Shown: positions 13,233-26,200 of the stretch, piece by piece
Position numbering within the stretch: the stretch's first letter is position 1
How the letters are laid out: the number at the start of each line of letters is the position of its first letter
Source: Lama guanicoe
Lineage: Eukaryota
DNA length: 64,000 nt
Assembly: GCA_013239625.1 (NCBI GenBank)
Contig: MU053754.1
Location: forward strand, 369,379-433,378
Reading direction: 5' to 3'
Program-made: the position numbers and the translations under genes
The notes under the pieces: model-generated
Seen by the model: the letters and a program-made list of their open reading frames with translations, nothing else
What the model was told of the DNA's origin: nothing
The model's database searches: none

Positions 13233-16200
13233 TTTAAGGAACTTAATGTTTCAGTGACTTGCCTACTATAAATTATTGGAATCACAAATACACTCTTTGT
13301 AGTTTTCCCCTCTCCCGTGCTTTCTTTATTGTGCCTTTAATGAGCAGAGATCCTTAATATTAATGTGATTGAATTTTTAAGTCCGTTTATTTATAATTTA
13401 TTCTTTTTTGTGTCTTAAGAAACTATCTGTTCTACCCAGGAAAAAATTACATTATATTTTCTTAGAAAGTTTGTTCAGGTGTCTCTTTTACTTTCATGTC
13501 CTTAACCTATCAGTAATGAATTTTGTTCACAAGTAAGGTTTGGGCTCTTTATTTTTTCTATCGGTCACTAATTATTCCATGCCATTGATTGATGAGTCCA
13601 TCTGTCAGTGGAGGATATGCCGTGCTACCTCTGTGTTAGATCGTGTCTGCATACATCTACCAGTATTTCTCTGGACAGGTTTCTCTGCTTTTGAACCAAC
13701 AGTTTTAATTGACCATAGAATGTATTAGTGTTTCCTTAATGTGCTTCTCCACACACTTCTTGTATATTTGTTTTAATTTTATTATTAAATGCCATATCTC
13801 TTATGAGAAACCATAATTTAAAAAAATAAAATTTTTTCTGAGTTGTTTCTAGTAAGTTCAAATGCAGTATAACTTTTATATTGATCTTGTGACTAGCCAA
13901 CTTTTAAATTCTTGTATTTATCTGCTAATTGATCTGTGGCATATTTGGGGGTTTCCATGGAGCAGTCATTTCATCTAAAAACCATGGTATCCATTTTTCT
14001 ATCCAATCTTTTTCCTTTTAATTTATGTATGCATTTAGCGTTTGATTACATAGGATATGGTCTTCAGTACAAAATTGAATAGAATTTGTTCTTCTCTCGC
14101 CCTCGCTGTGAACTGTAGGTTTATAGTAGTTTATTAGGTAAAGATGTTTACTTCTATTCCTATTTCACTAAGTGTCTATATATGAATAAGTGTTGAATTA
14201 AATCTTTAATAAAGTTGCTTTAAGGAGACCAACTTTTTTCCCTTAAAAAAATCGCATTTGTGGCATTTTCTCAATAAGACAAACGTGTAACATCATGAGT
14301 TCACTCCAGTCCTTGTGAAGAGTAAAAATTAGCCTGTTAATAGCAAGATGCTATCAAGTAGATAGAACAGCAAATTGGCAATGAATCCTTATCAAGCGTG
14401 GTACACTTCCATACTTTATCAGGACCTATTATTGATAATTTGATACTGAATTATGAGACATAGTGCTTTCACTTTACAGTTCATTATACTGAAATGGATT
14501 GGCTGTTAGTGATAGGATTAAGATCACACCACGCACCACGGTTGATTTACTTAGTATGTTGAATGACATTGACAGATACCATGTGGTAGAATCACAAAAT
14601 TTCAAAAAGGGTTTTTTATTTTTTTCAATAAATTTGCAAAAGTATGACATCAATGTAATGTTCACACAAATGACTCGGCTTTGCCGAGCGGCACCTGTCT
14701 TGTAAAGGTAGTGAGTGCCCCAGGATGTTCTTCCAGAGGGCCACACTGGACACTGCACGGGCCAGAATGGTGTCCTTGGACTGAATCAGGTGGCCTCCTC
14801 CGCGTGGCGCCATGGGACAAATCAGCTTGACCTGCAGGGCTGGGGACCCGACGTAGCCTTTTGTTGGTTCTGCTGCATGCTTTCTGCTCTACCTTGGGGC
14901 CACGGTGCCGTATTTATTCTCCAGCATTTCCAGTCCTGCTAGAGCATGCCTTGGTGGTGCTGTGACACAGATATAATCATCTCTGTGTGCAAAGCCCCCA
15001 GGGTGACTTTCAGAGAAGAACACATGCGCATTCAGATCAGACGGGAAAGCATCACTTCCTGGCAAGCCCTCTGCTCCATAGTGACGTATGGCATTTAAGA
15101 TGGCACCTTTTGGTCTTTGGGGTGAGAGTGTGCTCTCCAAACAGATTTTTCATAATGACGTTCTGCCATCCTCTTGTCATTAAGCGGTCAGCATGTTTCT
15201 CATCCAGTCATATATTTACGGGATATTTTTTTCTATCTCTGGGCTTTGCTCAACTCAGAAAAGCCGAGTCTTCTCCAGAATGACATGGGAACTCTGAATG
15301 AGGACCTGTGTGCGGTGTCTTTCTCTGCTGATCAGCAGTGGGAACTCTCTGTTCATTTATAACCATCAATTATTTATTTCCAAGAACTGAGTTCCTGTCC
15401 TTGCCAATCCATGTCATCTTGTTAAAGGAGTGGAGTTAGGGATAACACACTCAGGCTTCTCATGGCTTTTTGCATCCTGAAAGATGTCACTGTAGTGGTT
15501 ATTTCAGGGTAAAGGTGCGTCTGACCATCTTCTTGGGGCAGAGAAACGTCCGTTTAGTTTGTGCAGAAAAAGGATGAAATATAGATTCCATTAACCCTTT
15601 TTCCCTCTTTGCCCACTCAAGGCTATTGTTTAATATTAATAAAATAACTTGTTCAAGAAAAGAAGCTTTGAGTTGAACTACTGTCCTATGGATTTCCTGA
15701 TGTTGTGAATTTAAAATCTCCCAAAGTGGTACTTGGTCCCCAGCATTTTCCTTTAGATCATTTGGTTTTAAGTGAAAACCCCAGCTGTCAGTGAAAATGG
15801 ATGCTTACCTCTCTCGAGCCCTCATTTTAAGGCCTTTCTTTATAAAGTAGTTTGGTTTCGTTAACTTGTATCGTGGACATCCCACCCTGAAAATCACAGA
15901 AGCCGGGGATTCCTATTGTTCATGGTACAAAGTTTTCCAGAGTAATTTCAGATTTGGGGGCTATGTCAGACATGTGGATTATTTCCCCCAAGCACTTCCT
16001 AAGGGAAAACAGAAAAGACAGAAAACATCTTAGGCTTATGTCCAAGGAGCTTTAAACCGGAAGAAGTCTGATTTTATTTAGTTAGCACCACCCCCTCTAC
16101 TTCAGCCATGGTCCTGAGCTTTGGAGCTATTCGTATGTGTACAGTTTCCTATTAAAGACCTATTTCATGAGGCTTACTCGTCGGCACAGAGTTCTTTGTA

Positions 16201-16247
16201 ATTCTACAGGTTTGCAAGTGTTGCTAGAAATCCACATGAGACCTAAG

Positions 16248-16320
16248 AGACAGAGACTGAGAGAGAGAGGCAGAGACAGACAGACAGACCAGACAAAGAG
16301 ACAGAGCCAGAGAGACAGAG
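16248..16320. repeat. (GA)n/(GACA)n compound microsatellite
   Basis: gagagagaggcagagacagacagacagaccagacaaagagacagag seen directly. Confidence 0.8.
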
Positions 16321-16622
16321 TTTCCTCCTCTTGTTCTGAGGTGTACCACGAGCTCAGGGCTTTCCTTAGTTTTTTTTTCTGCAATTGTAGATTCGTTAGC
16401 TCAGTTTTAAACTGTAAGTATTCTCTTCTGTTATTTTAACTTCTTGGCTTTTGCCTTCTTAGTCACTTCCTAGTGGTTTGGGATTTCCTTTACTCCAAAC
16501 ATTTATTATTGAGCATCTTCAAATGTTTGTTATAAAATATTAAAGAGTAAAATGAGACCACTTTGTAGGGTTTTTTTTTTTTAACGTAATCTAACCTTCA
16601 AGAGTATTCAAGAGTTCTAGAC

Positions 16623-16945
16623 CAGACATCAGCAAATGCTTTCTGTAAAGGGCCATATCTTGAATATTTTGTCTTTGGGGGCCCTTTGGTCCCTGATACA
16701 ACCACTCAGCTTGGTCGCTAGAGATCAGCATTAACCGCAGGCAGCACATAAACGAACAGGCGTGGCTGTGTTCGATAAAACTTGATGTCCAGAGCCTGAA
16801 ATTTGAGGTTCATAGACCTTTCATGTGCCATGATAGCTGCTTTTTTTTTTAACCCCCATCCTGCCCCCTGCAAAGATTTAAAAATGTAAAACCCGTTCAT
16901 ACCTTGTGGGCTGTACAAAAACTGGGTTTGGACAGTGAGCCCTTG
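16623..16945 (-). mobile_element. MER58B-like hAT-Charlie MITE
   Basis: cagcaaatgctttctgtaaagggcca...ggcgtggctgtgttcgataaaact...tttaaaaatgtaaaacc...gggctgtacaaaaac. Confidence 0.8.
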
Positions 16946-17346
16946 TTTCTAGATTCTGGGTCATGCTCAGTAAGCACTTAAATGGAAGAGGGGCTCCCCT
17001 AATCATGCACCAGCAACTCAAGCTCTGGAGCCATCTGGGCACAGCAGAGGGACACATCCACGCTGCCCCATGTATTTACGTCAATGTGATGTTATTGTTT
17101 GTATGAAGTGGAGAGCGTGAGGGTTATTGATAGTAGTATTTGAGAGCAGGTTTGGGAAAGATGAATCACTAATGAAATAACACACAGAGACCCTTATTGA
17201 ATATGGATGGCTCACCTGCTCTTCAAGGACACCAAAGGGTCGGCTGTGTGGTTTATTAGGGTGATGACTTTCCTCATTAAAGTAACTAATAAATCAAATA
17301 GATTTGCTTAATGAGAGGTACATTTTGCCTTTAAAAAATAACTAAT

Positions 17347-17685
17347 ATCATATGAAATCACTTATATGTGGAATCTAAAAAAAAATGATAGAAATTGTAT
17401 TTGCAAACCCAAAACAGACTCACAGACATAGAAAACAAACTATGGTTTACCAAAGAGAAAAAGGCGGTGGGGGATAAATTAGGGGTTGGGGATCACCAGA
17501 CATGCATTACTATATATAAAATCAATAAACAAGGACCTACTACATAGCACAGGGGACTTCAATTTCTTATAATAGTATATAATGGGAAAGAATCTGAAAA
17601 GAAGAAAAAAAATGTATAACTGAATCACTTACCTGTATACCTGAAACTAACATTATAAATCAACTGCACTTCATTAAAAAATTTA
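17347..17685 (+). mobile_element. 5'-truncated LINE-1 3' end
   Basis: atcacttatatgtggaatctaaaa...acagactcacagacatagaaaacaaactatggtttacc...aaatcaactgcacttcattaaaaa. Confidence 0.9.
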
Positions 17686-17750
17686 AATATATATATACAC
17701 AGACATATATATATATATACATATACATATATGTGTGTGTGTGTGTGTGT
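17686..17750. repeat. (TA)n(TG)n microsatellite at the L1 tail
   Basis: atatatatatacac...atgtgtgtgtgtgtgtgtgt seen directly. Confidence 0.9.
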
Positions 17751-20131
17751 AAATATTTAAGCTTAGTCATATATACACTGGTTTTGCATATTTTTCTAGA
17801 AAAATTTCAACAGTCTTGGGATTAAGTGGTTGAATTCCATCACACCCAGAATGATCCAGCCTCCCCACCTAACACTTAGTCTTCCATCACCAGAAATCTG
17901 ACGTCTTCTCCTCACACTGCATTGAATCGCTTCTCAGATATCACTAAAGACTTCCCAGTGACGGAAGTTAACCGAATCTTCTCATTCTTACTACACATGA
18001 AGGAGTAAGGGAGGCGGGCCCGTGGCCGCTGTGAGGCGTTGAGGTCATGGGCGGTGATACGCCAAGTCCTGACGGGAAAGGCTGGTACAGCTGCTTCACA
18101 TAATCACCTCTGGTTGTCAGGCTCATTGTTTAAAGCCTGCTCGTGAGCCTCATTCATCTACTGAGTGAACAGCTATTGATTACCCACTGTCTTCTAGACA
18201 CTGTGCCTGGCCCTACAGAAACAAATATTTCTCTTGTCCTCTCACACAGAAATAATTAACACGGAAAATCTTCTCTTCATTTATTTGGATTTTGTTTTGG
18301 AGAAAAAAAAAAGTGGTAAGGTAGCAGGTCAGTTTTACCCGTCTGTTTTAAATCTGTAGCAGTCCAGATCTGCCCTGTTCAGAGGCCACGGGGAACACTT
18401 AGATTTAAATATCATGGTTTTTGAAGCTCCCCAAATCATATGTTCCACACCGCTTTAGCAAAATGCATTTGAATGTTACATTTTAATGTACATACCCAAA
18501 TTGTGAAATATGTTAACTGCACACACTTTCAATTAACTTGCCACTTAAAGTGTGAATATGAGATGAAAATAATGAAAGCTGATTATTTCAGTATGCATTT
18601 TTCAGTGTAACTAACGCTGGCACTTAGAGCCAGGTAACACGCAGTTAAATACTAAAACATCATGACTACCGCACGCATTTAAACTTTAAAATTAACTTAC
18701 AGAAGATGGCATCAAATGGTGATTGCATCATGTGTAAATGACTGCAATCCAACTCCATAAATATTGATGAACTTCCAAACTTTGAGATCATTACTGTTGA
18801 ATTTTACTGCGTTCCATTTGCGTTTCTAGAATTGAAATTCTTCTCTGGAACGTGGAAAAGTTCCATTATTACGGTGCCCAAACAGGTCACGTGTAATAAT
18901 CTAGGTGATGAGAAAGAGCAAACTTGTGAATAGGATTCTCTCCTTCGCGTTTAGCTTCGTCGGTCTCTTGAGTCTGCCTCAAAGTCTGACTTTTGAAGAA
19001 ACCTGCAGACGTATCCTGAGACAGTTATTTCCTGTGAGGGAATGAACTTTTGGTCGTATTAAAAGAGCAAGCTCCTCATCTCGTGTATCAGAACTGCTCC
19101 CGAGAAGGTTTATCCTGAGAGATGACTTAGCCACAAATGCCAGGAGGCTGAAGAGCCTGGACCATAATCAGCATGGCCGCTAAGTCCAAACAAACAAGAT
19201 GCTGTTTTCAGAGGCAGCAGAGCTGTGTGAAAGCATAACTTTGCTCTCCCTTACCTTTGAAGCACATTTCAGGGCTGTGCAGGCTTTTGTTTGGCTGACT
19301 TTTGCACAGGATGGAACATTGGATGCAGCCTGTGCTTTGTTGATAGACTTCTTCCAGAGCAGGAGAGCTATCATTCAGGCGTTGCTGAAAGGTATTTTAT
19401 GGGCTCTAGAGGTGGAAAGGTGTCACTTGGGTAGCACTTGAGTTCTGCAGATACTAGAGCATTGCTATGTACTGTCATTTTTCTAGCAAAAATTACTCGG
19501 GGAACAGGGAGTGTAACAGAATGCTTTAAAAAAAATCTGACAGAAAGGTTCAGGGACTTGTAATAATGCTCTTGGGTGGCCCTCCCGTGTCATCTATTTC
19601 TGTAGCAGCTATGCTGTGAGTTTTCATAGCCCTACAAAGAGCTTCTGACTCATGTCTCTTCTCCCCTTTGAGCCTTGAAAGTATTATGGATTTTGGACAG
19701 ACTTGAGCATAAATTAACATTACAGTCCAAGCTGGATGAATCCAGCCCAGTGGATGTAGATGGGTCAGCTGGTGGCCAGCGTGGGGACCTGCTCCCACCC
19801 ATGCATTCCACCCAGACCCACAGAGGAAAGAGGCGACTCTGAGGGATGGTAAAGAATTTTACCCATGGGAAGGTGTAACAGAAGAAACTCAAGCTAGTTT
19901 AAGCCAAATGCTCAACTCTGGGAGAAAAAATCTACCTGACACCCTGTACCACCAATCAGGAGCTGTGGGTCCAAGGATGTCCAGCCTGGGGGGATGCTGT
20001 TCAATTACGTGAGTTTCCCTAACAATTCTGGAGACAGGTTAGGGGGCTTCCTGGAATGGGAGGTTGGCGAGACTGGCCGCCTCTGATCCAGATGTGGGGC
20101 GTCAGCTGTACTTTGGGACATCAGTGTGGAG

Positions 20132-20505
20132 CGTAGCAGATGCTGGCGTCACCCAGCCCATGTACGCATCACCCCCAAAGGTCAGCCAGTGGGCGTTGTC
20201 TGACCCTAGGAAGGAGGAGACCCCGAGCTCTGGGCAGTTGCTTTGCCAGTGACCCCAATCCAGGAGGTTTAGAGTTGGTGTGAGATATCCCAGCTTCCCA
20301 GCCCCCCGGGTGGCTCACTTTGAGGCATGTTCTGCAGTCTCTTGGGGGACTGAGTCCCTTCCTCTGCAGGGCTCCCCCTTTGTTAGCACCCTCTTTCTTG
20401 GCTTTTCCCCCTTCCCTGTCTCCCCTCTTCAAGTCCTCTTCCCCAATAAATGATATGCAGCCTCAACCTTGACTCCTGCTTTGAGGGGGAGTTCAAACTA
20501 AGACA
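20132..20505 (+). mobile_element. LTR16A-like ERVL solo LTR
   Basis: atcccagcttcccagcccc...gaggcatgttctgca...ttccctgtctc...ccaataaa...aaactaagaca matches the recalled LTR16 3' half and terminus. Confidence 0.75.
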
Positions 20506-21609
20506 GTGCTGGCAATGGGGAATCAGGACCCTCTGGGGTCACTGAACCAGTCGGCACGCCCACCAAGCACAAGCGGGGCCGCGCGGTAACTTTCACGTGC
20601 AGCCCCAGCTGGCAGGGCATCTGACTGTGTTCCAGCTTGTTGTCCGTTAAACTGGTGACTCTACACAATGAGCAGGAGTATTCCCCTTCGGCCCTGAGTT
20701 GTATGTGTTTTGAATCAAACTAATGCATTGTCACTTCACTCACGTGTGCGTGTGTGCACGGACACACACACCCACACCCCACTGCTCTCCTCCCTCGAGT
20801 GGCAGCTGGGTTACCTCCCATCGGGTTCCAGGGATCTGTTGGTGAGAGAGCCGTCCGCACACTCCTGGCTGCCGTGTTCGCTGTATGCTGCCCTGACGCT
20901 GTGCTCCAGGCAAAGGGCATCAGTACCTTTCCATCTGGGTTTCAAAGCGCAGGCCCTAAAAGTTGACGCTGCTTCTTTACTTCACCAGAAAACACTCCAG
21001 CTCTCTGGGATTCTGCCTCCCTTGAGCGCACCTCGGTCTTGCCAGCCTTGAGGGGAATGTTCTCGGCTGCTGCTGGCGTCTGAGACTCAGGCAAAGAGGC
21101 TGCTCATTGTTCTGACCCTGAAGTGTGAGGGCTAGAAGCCAGCGTTTAGGACTTCCCTTGGGTCTTAGGCTGAAGTTCTTGGTAAAATGAGATTTAAAAA
21201 TATAAAATGACTCAGTAGCAAGAATAATGGCCAATGACAAGGACGTTGAAAGAATGAAGGGAAGTCTGCCTCCTCGACTCATTTATGACCATGCAGGGCA
21301 TGGCAGGAGACTGTTCTGAACGTGATGTGACCCCAGACATGGCCTGGGGAGAACCATTTTTGGGGTCGAGGTAATTAGGGGACAAACTACATGCCACAGT
21401 GTGGGCTGTCGGGAAAGAAATGACACACACAATTTGGGGCACTGTGCTCCAAGTCTGGGTTTTATCATCACACTGAACTCTCCCTAATTAAAAAGACAAG
21501 ATTGGCCTTATATTTTTAATTGCCTTTTTTCTTGTAGTTATAACCTACAAAGTCCATAGTACACTGGAGTCAGTCACTGCATAGATAGTTCTTGAATGAA
21601 AGAATACAT

Positions 21610-21648
21610 TGTGTGTGTGTGTGTGTGTGTGCGTGCGCGCGCGCATGT
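21610..21648. repeat. (TG)n(CG)n alternating purine-pyrimidine tract
   Basis: tgtgtgtgtgtgtgtgtgtgtgcgtgcgcgcgcgcatgt seen directly. Confidence 0.95.
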
Positions 21649-23494
21649 CTGTGAACGTGAATGTCAAGGAATTCCACTAGGTACCTTCTGGCTAATTCCT
21701 GATTACTCCTTAGTACTAGACTTCCTTTCACTTGATCCTAGTAATATAACACAAATCACGTTACCCCATTTTCCAGACAACAACCCAACAGTTCCAGCAG
21801 CAGCAGAGCATGCAAGTGGTGAACGTGTACTTTTACGCTTTCTTTGAAGGGGAGCAGGTGAGGAGGCACTGCCGCATAGAGATCTGTGTATAAAGAACAC
21901 AATTTGGAAACGGATGCGTTTGTTTTGACAACCCGAGGAGTGCCTCATCCTCGTCTTTCATCCAAGCTTTTACCTAAACAAATGCAGGAAGGGATCTTGC
22001 TGGGTCCATCCCCCGCTGCAAGACTTGAAACTGAACTTTTCCTCCGGAGAGTGAGGTTGACAATTGATGGCGGCAAAGGCTCGTGAGTGCTCATGATTTC
22101 GAGGTGGAGAACCCGTGCTGTTGCGGAGAGAAGTTTGATGACAGTACCCTGAAAACTTGGGATACTTACACATTTGCTATATTCCGGCATTGCTAACACG
22201 TGGTAATGACAATACTTCATTTATGTTGTCTTCCAGTTTTTCATCAACAGTGTCCCATTCTCTAAACCATGAGGGGATGCTTTAATTTGTATAGTATGTT
22301 GGATGAAAATAAACATGCCTTTTTACCAGACTTGCACGACAGTTCTGATGACAGAGTTGGTGTTTGAAGCTGCGTAAATGCTCAGAGTCTTCTGATAAAT
22401 ACAGATGTTCAAAGATGGGGTATCTGATTTGAAATTCCTCCAAGTGATAGTCACTACCCCAGGGCACTTCAGTGAAGGAACATTCTTACCTGCGGGCAAT
22501 CCCATGACACAGACTCTAAAACGTACAGTGATCAGCTTCAGTGAATTTCATTATGTATCAGGGCTGTTTTTTAAAAATAGCTGGCTTAAGACTGATCTTA
22601 TCAATTATTCATCATTCGTTGGACACTGTGAGATTGCCTAATTCCCAAACTCTCAAATACGATTGTAAACATTGTTTATTTCTTCTGGTAATTCTTTTTC
22701 CATACCCCAGAGCCTTCCCATAACCATCAATTTTATACAAAAGAAATGGTGACTTAAGTGAATTTGAAGATGAAGTATTGGATCTCTTTTACTACCTTTC
22801 ATGACTGAGAATCCTAAGTTAGTGCTTAAAAACTTTCACTGTCAAGCCATTCGTTTTAATCTCTAACCACACCTTCCTTTATTGGCATTTAAATCCATTT
22901 ATTCTTGCTCTGTGAAGGCTAAGAAGAGTTGGCTTGAGTTGTCTTCAAAATAACCCTTCATTTACTTGAAAATTAGTCACTTCAGGGTACATGTCTCCAA
23001 CTTTCTTTGCCTTTCCTCATTCCCACGTTTCGTAGTCGTCCTGTGTCTTATCCAAGATGCAGTGATGCTGTCAAAGCTGGGTGTAAATTGGCTGTAAAAC
23101 CTCATTCCGGGCCTCCCACCCCTTCAGAGGCCCATGGCTGTCTGTGGCTAAGCCCGAATTTCAGGAACACTGGTTCCAGTGGTTGGTGTTGCTTGATCCA
23201 AGGGCACACGGCTAATGCAGGTTTGGATCATCATTCAGTTCTTCAGGAGACTGAACTGTGGGACTGAGATTCAGAGGCCAGGACTTTAAGAGGCTGCACT
23301 GTGTTTACGGTTACTCTCCAGGAAGTTGCCTTTGGCTGACATCTCTAGAGTAGTGGTCCTTGTTTCTGGAATTCTGGTTTTGTTTTGTTTTGTTTTTAAA
23401 CTCTTCCAGTTATTTATTGAAAAACCTAGTAAACTGTCATGTAGGGCTTCACGTAGCAGAAGCTGATACCTGATTCTTGAAGTCAAAAGTACCT

Positions 23495-23778
23495 GCATAG
23501 TAAACAAACTTATGGTTCCGGGGGGAAAGGGGTTAGGAAGGGATAAATTGGGAGTTCGAGATGTGCAGGTTTTAACCACTATATAAAACCGATTAAAAAA
23601 ACAAGTTTCTTCTGTATAGCACAGGGAACTATATTCAATATCTTGTAGTAACTTATAATGAAAAAGCATAGGAAAAGGGATATATGCATGCATGGATATA
23701 AATGAATCACTATGCTGTACACCAGAAATTGACATGTTGTAACTGACTATACTTTAAGTTATTTAAAAAAAAAAAAAG
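23495..23778 (+). mobile_element. 5'-truncated LINE-1 3' end
   Basis: aacaaacttatggtt...gggataaattgggagtt...tatagcacagggaactatattcaa...polyA; direct repeat aaaagtacc on both sides. Confidence 0.9.
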
Positions 23779-25827
23779 TACCCGAATGCCTGTTTCGTGA
23801 CCCACCTCTCAAAGAGAGAAAAAAAGTGCTGCTCAGGATTCCCATGGAAGGTTGTGACCACACGAAATACGACACGGTGCACGTCTGTTACTCTGGATTA
23901 AGGGATGGGACTACGCACATCACTTCCTGTTTAGTAGACATCAGATGTGGTGCACGTGACAGTTTACTTTCAGTACTTGTTTGCACGCTGGTCTCCCACT
24001 TCCTCCGAGTCTCTGAAGGAAAGGACAGGAGATCCTGCCCTTGTATTTTGCAGGGCTCTCCACTGGGATTTGGTTCTGGGTTTCCAACATGTGTTTAATG
24101 AATGAAAAGACTTTAACGGGTCAAGGGCAATGAACCACCCAGTGGGGTCTCGTCCTGTGCAAAGAGGAGAATTGCAGGCACTCTGACTGCAACCATGTAA
24201 CCAAAACAAGACATAACGTAGTGTGTGCAGCTGAAGGTGTTGACAGTGGAGGGTCACAAGTACCGAGAGCCTGTAATCAGGAATGACTGTGCCAGGTGCG
24301 TTTCATGCGCTGTCACATTAGGAACCAGAAGAAAAATACAAGTATGATCGAAACACATAATCCTAGACATGTCTGTCTGGAGGGAGGAAAGGAAGGGGTT
24401 TGGTTACGAATAATCATGAAGGGAGAGTTAGTCACATTTCCCCCAGCCTCATACTTATCTCTCTCATCCTGCTCTATTATCTTTTCCATGCTTGTCACAA
24501 TCTAACATGATAGGATTTGTCCTTACTCATCTGATGTATGTTCAGCCTCCACATCCTGAAGGTCTTGGCATGCCTGGGATCTTGTCTGCTTTGTTGTGTC
24601 CATAGAGCTAGACCTGTGCCCAACACAGTGGGACCCGAGAGTACTTGTTGACTGTCTTGTGCTAGATGAAGGGCCAGTGCAGGAGTGAGGATGCTGTCCT
24701 GGCAGCTTTGTCCACCCTAAGACTTTTGCACGAAGGCAGTGAGATTCTCTCATGAACCAAGTTGTTGAACTGAAGAACAGGCTTGTGCATCTCGGGCATT
24801 TCTTACATTCCTTCAGCAGCCGCAGCAGAACCAGCTCGTTCTCAACGAGAAAAGCAAGACAGAAGACTGCGGTATTTGCCTTATCCAGCCAATCCCCTTG
24901 GAAAAATCAACGTAGGTTCACCTTCAGGGCCATTGCAAAGACCTGGGAAGCCACATTGCCCCCCCTCCTTTAGCTCACAGACCATTTCTGTATCTGCTCT
25001 GGAGTATCTGCAGGTGTCAGCTTCACAGTGATGAGTGTGTCGGTGCAGTCAGCTGAGATGTGCACTGTAGGGGTGCTATTAGGTGAACAGGCATACGGGT
25101 CTTTTACTTTTGGGGGGATGCAAGTCCCTGTCTTTGGTGCCGCAGAAACTGCAAGAGACGAAATAGAATATAAATCATCGTAGAAGCTTTAATCTAGAAA
25201 GAAAGTTGGTATGTACAAATGTGTGCAATTAATGCTCTACAACGTATGACTATTTTTAAAATTACTATGATAGAAGGGAATTTCCTTTTCATTTTAAACA
25301 CAAAATTCGAACATAGTAAATGTTTTCTAAAGAGCTTTCCCTTCATGGTGGCCCCACTGGAAATGGGTTTGTGAGTGAATTAGCTAATGCCTCTGGGCAG
25401 CTTGAGACATGTTATATTTATCAGTGTTGTATTCCTCATCACTACTTTACATGTAATCAGACAGCTGGCTTCGCACTGTACAAGCCTTAAGACCTGCTTT
25501 AAATATTTCACATTTCCTCAAGGTTAATGAGCTTGACACCAGGTATGCAAATTAAATGTTGTCAGGCTTTTGAACAAAGGTATTATGTCCAAGGAAGTGT
25601 CTTGTGATGAGGGCACAAAAGAAAGATTCTAAATGTTCATCCATAGGGCAGGGCAGTTGTTAAGCGCCTTCTGAAAGATACAGTGATATTGTTAAAGAGA
25701 GTACGTGAACAACAGCTACCAGTTCTGAAGCATTTGTTACGTGGGTAACACTCTTCCCACTCTCTTACGTGTTGGAAGCATGCAGTCCTGACACTCACCC
25801 TTTAAGGCCAGTGATATTTTGTGCTCA

Positions 25828-26200
25828 TTTTATTTTTTAATTGAAGTATTGTTGATTTACAATGTTGTGTAAGTTTCGGGTGTACAGAAAAATGATTCAC
25901 TTATACAAGTTATATATTCCTTTTCATAGTCTTTTACATTATAGGCCATTATAAGGTATTGGATACAGTTCCCTGTGCTGTACAGTAGAACTTTTTTGTT
26001 TATCTGGTTTATGTACAGTGGTGTATATATGTTAATCCCAAACTCCTAATTTATCCCTCCACTATTCCCTTTGGTAACTATAGTTTGTTTTCTGTGTGAA
26101 TCTATTTCCGGTTTGTAAATAAGTTCACTGTATCATGTTTTCTTTCTTTGGATTCCACATATAAGTGATATCATAGGATGTATTTCTTTCTCTTGTATTA
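25828..26200 (-). mobile_element. 5'-truncated LINE-1 3' end
   Basis: ttttaattgaagtattgttgatttacaatgttgtg...agttccctgtgctgtacagtag...gattccacatataagtgatatcata. Confidence 0.9.

Larger units (their letters stand above)
11700..14210 (-). mobile_element. Ancient L1ME-like fragment interrupted by an LTR and a SINE
   Basis: Degraded motifs tagttcacttattttcattgctgt, ttataaacagtgctgct, cagtcttaatttggattttcttgatt, cttctattcctatttcactaagtg. Confidence 0.65.
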
